Assembly (NCBI GenBank): GCA_030390025.1
Contig: JASTWF010000138.1
Span: 558,001 to 622,000 of the forward strand
DNA length: 64,000 nucleotides
Source: Squalus acanthias
Taxonomy: Eukaryota
Direction: 5' to 3'
Part shown: positions 35,945 to 49,376 of the stretch, in pieces
How the letters are laid out: every line of letters starts with the position of its first letter
Numbering within the stretch: position 1 is the first letter of the stretch
The notes under the pieces: generated by a model
What the model saw: the letters and a program-made list of their open reading frames with translations, nothing else
Told to the model about the DNA's origin: nothing
The model's database searches: none
Program-made: the position numbers and the translations under genes

Positions 35945-37775
35945 TCACAACAACAACAACAAAAACAACAACTTGTATTGATATAGCGCCTTTAATGTGG
36001 TAAAACGTTCCAAGGCGCTGCACAGGAGAGATATCAAACAAAAAAATTGACACCGAGCCACATAAGGAGAAATTAGGGCAGATGAACAAACAGCTTGTTC
36101 AAAGAGGTAGGTTTTAAGGAGCGTCCTGAAGGAAAAAAGGGAGGTAGAGAGGCGGAGAGGTTTAGGCAGGGAATTCCAGAGCTTCGGGCCTAGGCAGCTG
36201 AAGGCACGGCCGCCAATGGTTGAGCGAGTAAAATCAGGAAAGTTCAGGAGGCCAAAATTAGAGGAGCGCAGATATCTCGCGGGGGCGTGGGGGGTTGTGG
36301 GGCTGGGGAAGATTACAGAGAGAGGGATCAGAAATTTAATATCGAGTTGTTGCTTAACCGGGAGCCAATGTAGGTCAGCGAACACAGGGGTAATGGGTGA
36401 ACAGGACTTGGTGCGAGTTAGGACACGGGCGGCCGAGATTTGGATGACCTCAAGTTTCCGTAGGGTAGAATGTGGGAGGCCGGCCAGGAGTGCTTTGGAA
36501 TAGTCATGTCTAGAAGTAACAATGACATGGATGAGGGTATCAGCAGCGGATGAGCTGAGGCAGGGGCGGAGACGGGCGATGTTACAGAGGTAGAAATAGA
36601 CGGTCTTAGTTCTGGTGTGGATATGTGGTCGGAAGCTCATTTCACGGTCAAATATGAAACCGAGGTTGTGAACAGTGTGGTTCAGCCTCAGACAGTGGCC
36701 AGGGAGAGGAATAGAGGCGATGGCTAGGGAACAGAGTTTGTAGCAGGGACCAAAATCAATGGCTTTGGTCTTCCCAATATTTATTTGGAGAACATTTATG
36801 CTCATCCAGAACTGGATGTCAGACAAGCAGTCTGACAATTTATAGAATGTGGAGGGGTCGAGAGAAGTGGTGGTGAGGTAGAACTGGGTCTCATCAGCGT
36901 ACATGTGGAAACTGACGCTGTGTTTTCGGATGATATCGCCGAGGGGCAGCATGTAGATAAGAAATAAGAATGTGCCAAGGATTGATCCTTGGGGGACACC
37001 AGAGGTAACAATGCGGGAGCGGGAAGAGAAGCCATTGCAGGTGATGCTCTGGTTACGATTACAGAGATAAGAATGGAGCCAGGCGAGTGCAGTCCCACCC
37101 AGCTGGACATCGGTGGAGAGGCGTTGAAGAAGGATGGAGTGGTCAACCGTGTCAAAGGCTGCAGACAGGTCGAGAAGGACGAGAAGGGATATTTTCGCCA
37201 GTCACAAAGGATGTCATTTGTGACTTTGATGAGAGCCGTTTTGGTACAGTGGCAGGGGCGGAAACTTGATTGGAGGGATTCAAACATCGAGTTGAGGGGA
37301 AAATGGGTTCGGATTTGGGAGGCGACAACACGTTCAAGGAATTTGAAGAGGAAATGGAGGTTGGAGATGGGGGCGGTAGCTTGCAAGGACAGAGGGTTCA
37401 AGGGTTGTTTTTCTAAGGAGAAGACTGATGACGACAGATTTGAAGGAGAGGGGACAGCACCTGAGGAGAGAGAACCGTTAACAATATCAGCTAACATGGA
37501 AGCCAGAAAAGGAAGTTGGGTGTTCAGCAGTTTGCTGAGAATAGGGTCGAGGAAGCAGGAAGAGGGTCTCATAGACAAGATGAGCGCAAAGGGGTCATGA
37601 GGGGAGATCGGAGAGAAACTGGAGCAAGATGCAAGTTCATGGCTAGGGCAGCGGGGAACCTTAGAGGAAGTTTGGCCCTGTGGGCTAGGGGAAGGAAGGG
37701 AAGTGGCAGAGGCAGCTGAACGGATGGTTTCAATCTTAGAGACAAAGAAGTTCATGAGCTCCTCACACTTGTGAG
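35945..37775 (-). mobile_element. L2-clade LINE (degenerate RT)
   Basis: FHMYADETQFY, LHWLPVKQ and FESLQSSFRP motifs; (CAA)n tail at 35947-35972. Confidence 0.9.
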
Positions 37776-38084
37776 ATAAGTCTCCATTATGAATATCTAC
37801 ATAAGAATTTATAGTAGAAATGTTGACACAGCAATTGCAGGAAAACGTCAAAAATGTAATATTTGACTAGCTGGTCTTCGTGGTGTTGTAGATAGAGAAT
37901 GACACCCGTTGCCTGCAATTCCTGTGCCATGTGGGAACTCCAGGACGCTCCATGTGACCTGGATCACCGCGTGTGCAGGAAGTGCCTCCAGTTGCTCGAA
38001 GTCGAGCTCAGGATTTTTGAGATTGAAGGGCGGCTGGAATCACTGCAGGGCAGACGGCAGGCTGACAATTTCCTGGAGCACGTA

Positions 38085-40185
38085 TAGGGCATAATTTCAA
38101 AGGTTATAAGGGGCATAATTTCAAATTTTGCAGATGATAGGAAACTCGGAAATGTAGTAAACAATGAGGTGGCTAGTGATAGACTTCAGAAGGCCATAGA
38201 CATACTGGTGATATGGCAGACACATTGGAAATTAAATTTAACTCAGAGAAGTGTGAAGTGATACATTTTGGTAGGAAGAATGAGGAGAGGCAAATCGTTG
38301 TTAGATTCGAATTTGGAGAAACCTCAGACGGAGACGGAATTGAGGACAAGTTCAGAATTTATTAAAACAAACAAAAGACTTGTTCACAAGGGAGAGCCAC
38401 TCAGCTTCCTCAGGCTAGGGGTGCACTCTCTAAGAACAAGTAACGGTTCATTCAAGTTATACACTTCTATAAGCACCGCCCACTTACTACAGAATGGGGC
38501 GTACATGTACAAACAGTGTCACTACAGTTAATCCCTCTTGGTTATGTGGTTAGTCACTCAACTGTCGGGTCCTCCCCTTGAACTCGGATACCCCCTGACC
38601 ATGCCAGTCACAGATGTTGGTTGTCTCATCCTACTCCCCACATTCCTGCTGTTATCTCTTCCCCTTTGTAGGCTTAGTTTATAGTTTGTAAAAACATATT
38701 TTATCCTAACTGTCGAACAAGCAGGATGGCTACAAGGCCGTAATGGCCTATGTGCCCAGTGACTGGAACAGTGTTGGTTGTTAATTGTACCCTTATCTCT
38801 TGGGAGATCAGGTTCGAATTTAGATGTACCCAGTGACTGGAACAGTGTTGGTTGTTAATTGCACCCTTATCTCCTGGGAGGCCAGGCTGTGTTTAGACAA
38901 TGGCTCTACTGAGGCTGTGAATACACACATTCCGAAGTTTGATAAGTGAAGTGGCGTCTTGCAGTCTGCAAATGTGCTTCAGTCAGCTAAACCTACTCTA
39001 TGGGTAAATAGAGGGTTAACCATAGTAAAGTATCCCAGAATTCATTGGGAACAAGCTGGACCTTTCATGGTGCAATTTTAAAGGGGGTGCAATAACAAAA
39101 AGACCTGGGGGTGTAGGCACACAAATCTTTGAAGGTGGCAGGATAAGTTGAGAAGAATGGTCAAAAAGCATATGGGCTCCTTGGATTTATTAATAGAGGA
39201 ACGGAGTACAAAAACAAGGAAGTAATGCTAAACCTTTATAAAACACTGGTTAGGACTTCTGGCTTGGGTTCCTTAGCTTTATTAATACAGGATAATACAG
39301 GATAAGTGGTCGGCTATTTAGGACTGAGATGACGAGAAATTTCTTCACTCAGAGGTTTGTGAATCTTTAGAATTCTCTTGCCCAGAGGGCTGCAGATGCT
39401 CGGTCGTTGAATATATTCAATACTGAGATGGATAGATTTTTGGGCGCTAAGGGAATCAAAGGATACGGCGGGAAACGGGAGTTGATGGGAAGTTCAGCCA
39501 TGATCTTACTGAATGGTGGAGCAGGCTCGAGGGGCGGTATGGCCTACTCTTGCTCCTATTTCTTATTTCTTACGTTCTTATGAATAGAGTTTAAAATCAA
39601 AGGAAGTCATGCTAAACTTTATAAAACACTGGTTAGGCCTCAGCTGGAGTATTGTGTTCAATTCTGGGCACCGCACTTTAGGAAGGACCTCAAGGCCTTG
39701 GAGAGGGTGCAGAAAATATTTACTAGAATTGATCCAGGGACGACGGACGTCGGTTATGTGAAGAGATTGGAGAAGCTGGGGTTGTTCTCCTTAGAGCAGA
39801 GAAGGTTAAAAGGAGATTTGATAGAGGTGTTCAAAATCAAGAAAGGTTTTGATAGACCAAATAAGGGGAAACTGTTTCCAATGGCAGAAGGGTTGGTAAC
39901 CAGAGGACTCAGATTTAAAGTGATTGGCAAAAGAACCAGAGGTGACATAAGAAAACTTTTTTCACACAACGAGTTGTTGTGATCTGGAATGCACTGCATG
40001 AAAGTGTGGTGGAAGCAGATTCAATAGTAACATTCGAAAGGGAATTGGATACATACTTGAAAACAAATTACAGGGCTATGGGTAAAGAGCAGGGCAGTGG
40101 GAGTAATTGGATAGCTCTACCAAAGAGCCGGCACAGGCACGATAGACTGAATGGCCTCCTTCTGTGCTGTATTATTCTATGATTT
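38085..40185 (+). mobile_element. Degenerate nested CR1 fragments, with a possible solo LTR at ~38299-39067
   Basis: CR1 RT remnants (e.g. ORF 39698-39982) interrupted by a TG...CA-bounded unique segment that has an internal ~55-bp duplication. Confidence 0.6.
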
Positions 40186-40424
40186 TTAGAAGCAAGTGAA
40201 TTATTTAGGTTTATTTTCCCTCATTTGTGTGTTGATGAGAGTGAAGGGTGTGGGTGTGAGATTGGGCTGAACTAGGGACGGTTCTGTAGGCCCATGCTCA
40301 GTAGTAGAGCTGTCTTTCATCGCGCCAGCTCGGGATGAATTTACATCCGGGGTTTTTTTTAAACAATTAGAGGGAACTTTCCTCAAACAGCGATATTTGT
40401 GACATAATCCGTGGGGCGAGGTGG

Positions 40425-41137
40425 CAGAGACAGAGCATGATAGAGCTTCCTCTGGAACTGGCTTCTATACTGGGGGAGGAGGAGGCAGAAGACAGAGCAT
40501 TATAGAGCTTCCTCTGGAGCTGGCTTCTATACTGGGGGAGGAGGAGGCAGAGACAGAGCATGATAGAGCTTCCTCTGGAGCTGGCTTCTATACTAGAGAC
40601 AGAGCATGATATAGCTTCCTCTGGAACTGGCTTCTATACTGGGGGAGGAGGAGGCAGAGACAGAGCATTATAGAGCTTCCTCTGGAGCTGGCTTCTATAC
40701 TGGAGGAGGAGGAGGCAGAGACAGAGCATGATAGAGCTTCCTCTGGAACTGGCTTCTATACTGGGGGAGGAGGAGGCAGAGGCAGAGCATTATAGAGCTT
40801 CCTCTGGAGCTGGCTTCTATACTGGGGGAGGAGGAGGCAGAGACAGAGCATGATAGAGCTTCCTCTGGAACTGGCTTCTATACTGGGGAAGGAGGAGGCA
40901 GAGACAGAGCATGATAGAGCTTCCTCTGGAGCTGGCTTCTATACTGGGGAGGAGGAGGCAGAGACAGTGCATTGTAGAGCTTCCTCTGGAACTGGCTTCT
41001 ATACTGGGGAGGAGGAGGCAGAGACAGAGCATGATAGAGCTTCCTCTGGAGCTGGCTTCTATACTGGGGAGGAGGAGGCAGAGACAGACAGAGCATGATA
41101 GAGCTTCCTCTGGAGCTGGCTTCTATACTGGGGAGGA
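40425..41137. repeat. ~60-bp G-rich tandem repeat, about 12 copies
   Basis: Unit GAGACAGAGCATGATAGAGCTTCCTCTGGAGCTGGCTTCTATACTGGGGGAGGAGGAGGCA. Confidence 0.95.
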
Positions 41138-42012
41138 GATCAATGAGATTCAATGGACTGAATCTTTGATCTTTGAAATTTAAAATTTTTCAGTTTAAAA
41201 TTCTAAACAATGTCTTTAACTCGATATGTGAACCTATTCTTTTTCTTACCGGAACTAAATATTTAAGAGGTGGAAGAGCTGTTTTGTTCTGTAGTTCCCA
41301 GAGGCACTGGAATTCAAAGTTAAAGTTTAGCAATTACCGCCTGGACAGAAAGCATCGCCTGGGTGACAAACAGAGAGGAAAATCTGCAGGGGGTGGGGGA
41401 ATAACACGCCTATAATGAGCCACCCTCCCCAGATTTTCCTCCCATTATTTGGAATGTAAGGACATTCCCGGGCTCCGCCCTCAGTGGGTGGCCTTCTCGA
41501 CCTGAATTTCCTGCTCTTTTTCGTTGCTTAAAGTAGAAGTGAAATGATGACGTGTGCGAGATGTTCCCTCTGGTTGCCTTTTGTGATACATGACAGACAT
41601 GGGAAATATTTCCTTTTATCGATATAATCTGATGTTAAGGAACGGATCTTCTTACTAATAAGTTTATACATTATTCCACAAGTTAGTAGGGTTCAAAGGC
41701 ATTGATTGGCAATCATGGAAATTAAGCAGACATAGATACCTATTATTAATAACAATTACACATATACTTAAGAGAGCAATTAGGGTAATACGAGTTACCG
41801 GAGATTCACCAGTTATTGATCTCGAGCTCGAGGGGAACGGCTGATCCGGACTCGTCAAATTCTGAAGTACTTGTCCTAACTCCCACTTTTTAAACCTTTC
41901 TTTGCACCCTGCTACGTGTCACATGTTCCATCGCATCACCTCGGTCAGTTAGCAGCATAAACTTCAGTTTAACAAGAATCACTCCCCAAGCTTTCACCTT
42001 TACTGAACTGTC

Positions 42013-42067
42013 AATAAAGTCATTCACCTGGAGACAGTTACAGAGAACAGAGGCGCCCAACAGGGAC
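42013..42067 (+). mobile_element. Possible LTR 3' end with tRNA-Lys-type primer binding site
   Basis: AATAAA 42013-42018, then ...AACA followed by AGGCGCCCAACAGGGAC, close to the Lys PBS TGGCGCCCGAACAGGGAC. Confidence 0.45.
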
Positions 42068-42504
42068 GTTCCACACTCCTTACACAGATGTCCTCGGTGG
42101 AGTCACTATCTGGAGTTAGAGCTCGGCGAGCTGATGGTCAACACATGTCTATAGAGATGTCGCCTATCTCACTGCTGAGAGATCGATGGTGCTCGACGCA
42201 GCCGCCTAACAAAGAAAGTCTGATTTTGTCTCTGCTGAGCTTCCTAAGGTTGTCTCTGCCTGGAATTCCTTTTAATTTAAACTAGCGAACTGCGCATGGC
42301 TCACAGAAACTCGCTTAACAGACAAAAGCTAAAAGTTAATATAAATAAATTAATATAGAACGAACCGTTTCGCTGCATGAACATATTTTTACCATTTCGC
42401 TAGAAATAACTCACAAGACATCTTAATTCCATGTTTGTATCTCTAACAGGAAAGGAAATCGAACCCGATCCTTTCTACGGGTCACCGACATCTGTTGGTT
42501 TGAA

Positions 42505-42712
42505 AAAAAGAAAGACTTGCATTTCTATAGCGCCTTTCACGACCACCGGACGTCTGAAAGCGCTTTACAGCCAATGAAGTACTTTTGAAGTGAAGTCACT
42601 GTTGTAATGGCGGAAACGCGGCAGCCAATTTGCTCTCAGCAAGCTCCCCAAACAGCAATGTGATAATGACCAGATAATCTGTTTTTGTTATGTTGGTTGA
42701 GGGATAAATATT
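42505..42712 (-). mobile_element. SINE 3' part (same family as 19871/23058)
   Basis: Reverse complement of CAATATTTATCCCTCAACCAACATAAC...; tail GCGCTATAGAAATGCAAGTCTTTC. Confidence 0.7.
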
Positions 42713-42874
42713 GTGGAGGTTTGAAGGCGATTTGCAGTCAAAATGTTTCTGGGTCGCTGTAATATCTTCTCCCTGTGACCCTCACACCACATCGTGAGCC
42801 GAGCACTGCTTCCTCTCACTGCCAGTCTGCACAGCCCCGAATAGGGATGATCTCCAGGGCACAAAGGCCCAGCT

Positions 42875-43349
42875 AGTTTTTGTACGAGGGCCTAACTGGT
42901 TCCCACCGCTGTGAGAGTCAGCGCGCAGTAATACGTGGCGGAGTCAGCAGGCCGCAGTTTGGAGACGGTTAAGGTGAAGGCGGCATTCGAGGCGTCCAGC
43001 GCAGAGGAGAAACGGCTGCGAGCAAAGTCCGCTTTAATTTGGTAACCGCCTGAAAACCTGCGAACTAGAAGCTCCGGTTCTCTGCCGGGGTATTGACGGG
43101 ACCACAGTAAGCTGTTGGAACTCTTGGTGGTGAAATAGACACAGTCTAAAGTTACAATGCTTCCTTCTGTCCTCCTCACTGTGGGAAGCCGCTGTCTGAC
43201 AGAGATTTCCTGGCTCAGACCTGAATTAAATGCAAACCAACCTCAAAAACTAAACCATTTTTAAATTCACATTTGACCCAAAATCGCGACCCAGAATAAT
43301 TACCTGTAATAAGTGCTCCAAACACAGCACAGATAGCGATTAACCGCAT
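42875..43349 (-). CDS. Intact TCR alpha/delta-type V gene (leader 43349-43304, V exon 43220-42914, 23-RSS)
   Basis: Leader MRLIAICAVFGALIT|GTAATT; V exon GLSQEISVRQRLPTVRRTEGSIVTLDCVY...LLWSRQYPGREPELLV...ADFARSRFS...LRPADSATYYCALT; RSS CACAGCG (42913-42907), 23 nt, ACAAAAACT (42883-42875). Confidence 0.9.
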
Positions 43350-44459
43350 TGCTGCTCCGCCGTGTGTTTATTAACTTTGTAACCTCTGGAAACTGCTACG
43401 ATTTGGACGCTGAAACAACCCGCACTGAGGGTCGGTTGTCCCGCTCCAGTGTCCCCGCGGGTGTGCCGTGAGGTTCAGTCTTTGGGTTAAAGCACGGCCG
43501 GCAGTCTCCAGCCAATGACAAAGTAAATATTCCAACCGCACAAACCGCAACCACTCATAGTCCAAACAGGACAAGCATTTTATTCAGAGGGAAAGAGCGA
43601 ATGGTTCCAAGGCATCAATTTACAATATCGTAGTTCGCTCTCCGTGTGTGAGTGTGAACTTGCTGACATCGCGAACACCGCTCCAAAATATGAATTTCAA
43701 ATTAGCTTATTTAAAATTTGAACATTAAATTTCATTAATTTATTCTGTATCAAATGTCGTATCATTGAATGTAGCAGAAAGTAGTAACTTGGAAGAAATA
43801 TTTGTGTAAATATTGAACCTTTCCTTCTTGGTGTTAGGTCCATGCGAGGCACCGGGATTTTTAGGGTCATGGATGAAATTCACGACAAATTAAACAAGGG
43901 ATATCTAAATAACGGGGTTTCCCCTGTAGATAATTGCTTTACATTTTCAGTTTGCCACCTGCTGATCAGGACGGATTTTGTATCTCTGTGGCATTTACCT
44001 GCGAAATTATTTCCACAGTGAATGAAACGCCCCTTTCAACGTGATAAAGTTTCGCTGAGCAAACATTCACCGTTAACATGTTTTTAACCGTTGAGGTTAT
44101 GTTGAAACCATTTAGTGAGGTCGAGCTTACTGCTGCTGCAACCTCGGGTGACAGTTGCGGTCTAAGGTGCGTCAGCACGATACAGGTGCACTTCCGGTTC
44201 CAACGGCAGCTTCTGATCTCCAACTGACTCGAGAGAGAAATGGGACTGAATGGAGAATAGAGCAATTCTCGGCTGATGATGATGATGATGACGATTATGC
44301 ATAATAGATGACCCAGAAACTGCACAACACTGGTGACGCCACATTTCAAGCACAGAGCTCATTTTTGGTGACCTAATTATAAAGAGAATATTGAAACCAC
44401 GGAAAAAACGTAAAGTAGAATCATTAAGATTGAACCAGACAAGCGACAGAGTTCTGATG

Positions 44460-47420
44460 ACTCATAGAGATAGAGTCATAACGGCAAAGAAGGATGCCAT
44501 TCGGCCCATCGAGTCCGTGCCGGCTCTCTGTAGAGCAATCCAGTCAGTCCCATTCCCCCGCTCTATCCCCGTAGCCCTGCAAGTTTATTCCCTCAAGTGC
44601 CTATCCAGTCTCCCCTTGAAAACATTGAGTGTCTCCGCTTCCACCACTTCCTTCGGCAGCGAATTCCAGGTCCTCACCACTCGCTGTGTAAAAAAGTTTT
44701 CCCTCACATCCCCCCTGTATCTCTTGTCCAAAACCTTAAATCTGTGTCCCCCTAGTCCTTGTACCATCAACTATTGGTAACAGCCTTTCCCCGTCTAGCC
44801 TATCCAAACCCGTCATAATCTTGTACACCTCTATCAAATCACCCCGCAACCTCCTTTGCTCCAATTAAAACAAATCCAGCTTCTCCAACCTGTCCTTGTA
44901 GCTAAGATCCCCCATCCCCGGAACCATTCTGGTAAATCTCCTCTGCACCCTCTCAATGGCCTTCACATCCTTCCTAAAGTGTGGTGACCAGAACTGGACG
45001 CAATACTCCAGTTGTGGCCTAACCAGCACTTTATAAATGTTCAGCATAACTTCTCTACTTTTGTACTCAATACCTCTATTTCTGAAACCCAACATCCCAT
45101 ATGCTTTGCTAACCACTCTCTCAATATGTCGCGCCACCTTCAGGGATCTATGCACATTAACTCCCAGCTCCCTGTTTCCCTGCACACGCCTTAAAACTGT
45201 GCCATTAAGTATATATTGCCTCTCCCTGTTCCTTCTGCCAAAATGCAGCACCTTACACTTCTCTGTATTAAATTCCATGTGCCACTTGTCTGCCCATTCT
45301 GCTAGCCTTTCTATGTCCTGTTGCAGTCGATTAGTATCATCCTCACTATTTGCCACACCCCCAAGTTTGGTGTCATCGGCAAATTTAGAAATTCTACTTT
45401 GTATTCAAAAATCCAGGTCATTTATATATATATTTAAAAAAAGCAGTGGCCCCAGCAATGACCCTTGGGGAACACCACTGTCTACCATCCTCCAGTCTGA
45501 AAAACAGCCATTTACCACAACTCGCTGTTTTCTGTCCCTTAAGCCAATTCCTTATCCAAGCTGCTCTGACCCACCTATTCCATGAGCCTCAATTTTGTTA
45601 ACCAACATTCTATGTGGTACTTTGTCAAACGCCTTCCTAAAATTCCCTTCATCGATCCTCTCTGTTAGTTCATCAAAAAAAATCAATTCGATTAGTCAAA
45701 CATGATCTGCCTTTTACAAATCCGTGTTGGCTCTCCTTAATTAACTTAACCCTCTCCAAGTGCCCGTTAATTTTTTTCTTGATTATTGTTTCTAAAACTT
45801 TACCCACCACTGATGTTAAACTGACCGGCCTGTAGTTACTAGGATTGTCCTTACACCCTTTTTTGAACAATGGTGTCACATTTGCCACTTTATAATCCTC
45901 AGGCACCTCCCCTGCATCTAGGGAACATTGGAAAATTATGGCAAGCCCTTCCGCTATCTCCTCCCCCAATTCCCTTAGCAACCTGGGATGCAAGCCATCT
46001 GGACCAGGTGACTTATCCACTTTAAGCCTTTCTAATATATCCTGTCCATCAATTTACTCCCCTTCCATTGCTTCTAACTTTTCCACTGCTACCGATATTT
46101 TGTCAGCATCCACCTCCTTAGTAAACACCGATACAAAGTACTCATTGAGTATTCTAGCCTTGCCCTGCGCCTCTAAGCATATATCACCTTCTTTGTCGAT
46201 AATAGGCCCCACACCGCCTCTTACTACCCGCTTACTGTTTGCATGCCGGTAGAGGATTTTTGGGTTCCCTTTTATGTTAACATACGAACATAAGAAATAG
46301 GAGCTGGAGTAGGCCATTCGGCCCTTCGAGCCTGCTCCGCCATTCAATGAGATCATGGCTGATCTTCTGCCTCAACTCCATTCACCGGCCCTATCGCCAT
46401 ATCCCTTGATGCCCTTACTAGTCAGAAATCTATCGACTTCTGTTTTGAATATACCCAATGACTGAGCCTCCACAGCCCTCTGGGGTACAGAATTCCAAAG
46501 ATTCACCACCCTCTGTGTGGAGAAATTTCTTCTCATCTCAGTCCTGAATGCTGAGGGTGTGGCCCCTGGTTCTAGACTCCCCAGCCATGGGAAACATTCT
46601 CCCAGCATCCATCCTATCAAGCCCTGTAATAATTTTGTATGCTTCAATGAGATCCCCTCTCATTCTTCTGAATTCAAGAGAATACAGGCCTAGTTTACTC
46701 AATCTCTTCTCATACGCCAGTCCCGCCATCCCAGGAATCAATCTCGTGAACCTTCGTTGCATTCCATCTATGGCAGGTATATCCTTCCTTAGGTAAGGAG
46801 GCCAAAATTGTACACAGTACTCCAGGTGTGGTCTCACCAATGCCCAAATAATTGGAGTAAGACTTCATTACTCCTGTACTCAAATCCTCTTGTAATGAAG
46901 GCCAGCATACCATTTGCCTTCCGAAAGACTTGCTGCACCTGCGCATTCACTTTCAGTGACTCATGTGCAAGGGCACCCAGGTCCCTTTGAGCATCTGCAT
47001 TCCCCAATCTTTCACCATTTAGGAAATACTCTGCCTATCTGTTTTTTCTACCAAAGTGGATAACTTCATATTTATCCACATTATATTCCATCTGCCAAGT
47101 TCTCGCCCACTCACTGAGCCTGTCGAGATCCCCTTGAAGCCTCTTAACCGCCATTCTACTCTCATATTCTCTCTTTGCCAATCTTCATTTTCATCTTCAC
47201 TTCCCCTCTCAACTTATTGTATTTGGTCTGGTTCTCCCATGGAGAATTCACCTGACATGCATCATACACTCTCTTTGTTTGTTTCATCAATCTCTCTACC
47301 TCCCTCGTCATCCAAGGAGCCCTTGTTTTGATTCACTTACCCTTCCCTCTTGTTGAAATGTACCTAGCCTGTACTTGGAACATCTCCTCCTTAAAGATCA
47401 CCCATTGTTCCGAAATTGTG
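44460..47420 (-). mobile_element. CR1 LINE with a second CR1 nested at ~46280-47147
   Basis: ORFs 44865-45356, 45673-46020 and 46054-46356 (outer element); 46372-46840 (inner element, with its own tail). Confidence 0.87.
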
Positions 47421-49159
47421 AGAAATGTGAAAAGCTAGAGCTGCGTTTACCGGAACACAGATAGCTAAATCTAGTGCTCGATATTAAGAATAACTATTAG
47501 AGGCTAAATAGTGAAAGCTATCACTGTGGAGAATTTTGATTCAGGGTGTCGCAGGGTTAGATGACTAGGGGACAAGAATTAATGTTAAGGGTGTGGAAGG
47601 AAAGTGTGAACGTTTAATAACATTGTTAAATTTAAGGAACTTATTATGGACATGTTGCCAGCGGCGGGATGAAACAGAAAGCCATGATAATGTTTATAAG
47701 AAGGGGAAGATTTCATGTCACTAAAGGAGATACAGAGCTGGTAGATCTAGAATCACCACAAGGAAGGTCAGGAGACATTTGTGATGCAAAGGGTACATAG
47801 AGCAATGGTCGTCTCTTAAGCAAACCATTACTATACATTTCTGAACTTCTTGGGTGACCGGTAACAAGGGAACATAGCATTAGGCTTAGTGTCGGAATGA
47901 TGATAGTAATGTATAATATTATCTTAGAATGTGGAATAAATTACCACAAGTGACCATAGAGGGCGAGTCAATCACAATGTTAAGGATGCGTTAAAAGAAA
48001 CAAAATAGAAAATATTGTAGGACAGAGGGAATAGGACGGGAGTAAATACTTCCAGTTTACAGCTTGTAATGTCTCAGGTGGCTGGGGTCGAAAAAGCGTT
48101 CTTCTCTGGTTACATTTCGGAGATTCACTGTAGAATAATGTTGCGCTCACAAGTATCATGTGTTTTAACCAACACGAAGGAACTTAACCTGCTGCAGAAA
48201 GTGTATGGGCCGTTCTAATTTACGATGGTTTTGGGTGACAATTATTCATATTGAACAGTTGATCACTCAAGCACTGGGAAAAGGGACATAGGAACGGGAG
48301 TAGACCTGTTCCGCCATTCAGTTAGATCATGGCTGATCTCTATCTTAACTCCATTTACCCGCCTTCGTTCCACATCCCTTAATAGCCTTGCCTAACAAAC
48401 ATCTATCCATCTGTTTTTTAATTTTCAGTTGACCTAGCCTCAAAAGCTTTTTGGGGGAGAGAGTTCCAGACTTAGAATCATAGAATCATTCAGCACATAA
48501 GGAGGCCATTCGGCCCCTCCTGCCCGTGTCGGCTCATCTAAGGAGCTGTCCAATTAGTCCCACCCCCTGCTTTTCCTCAAAGTCCTGAAAATGTTTCCTT
48601 TTTAAAAATATATCCAGTTCCCGCTGGAAAGGTACTATTGAATCTGCTTCCACCAGCCTTTCAGGTAATGCATTCCAGATCATAACATCTTGCTGAGTAA
48701 AATAATATCTCCTCGTCTCCCCACTGGCTTCTTGGCAATTATGTTAACCTCTACTATCTGAAAAAATGCATTTTAGAAGCAGACAGATGCGGAGGAAGGT
48801 GTTGTTTGGTGCTTGAGAAAACTGAATTCAGTTTTGTGTTAAGAAGCCGATGAGAAGGCTTGTAGTGCAGGACATCAGAAATGCCAAAAAAAGTAGTGCA
48901 GTAGGGAGCTAAATAAGGAAGTGGCGTTTGGTTGATCTCAGACTTGGGTTTTAATATCCTGTAATTTGTATGAGGAAGGGACACTGTGGTGATAAGGAGT
49001 TCATGAGTGCGCGAATCTGGGGGCGAATTGGTTCCAAAGTGAAAAAGAAATGGTAATCTATGTGTGACGTTCAGACATTTAAATTAGGGAATGTCACACA
49101 TTGATCAGCATTGTTCAGAATAGTCAACCAAAGTATATTCAGGTCCCAGAGCACAGGGT

Positions 49160-49376
49160 NNNNNNNNNNNNNNNNNNNNNNNNNNNNNNNNNNNNNNNNN
49201 NNNNNNNNNNNNNNNNNNNNNNNNNNNNNNNNNNNNNNNNNNNNNNNNNNNNNNNNNNNNNNNNNNNNNNNNNNNNNNNNNNNNNNNNNNNNNNNNNNNN
49301 NNNNNNNNNNNNNNNNNNNNNNNNNNNNNNNNNNNNNNNNNNNNNNNNNNNNNNNNNNNNNNNNNNNNNNNNNNNN
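49160..49376. other. Assembly gap (217 N)
   Basis: Run of n. Confidence 1.

Noticed and set aside
48961-48988. GTAATTTGT-12-CACTGTG RSS-like motif
   Set aside because: Nonamer only 6/9, with no opposing heptamer or recognisable D/J next to it; cannot be told from chance.
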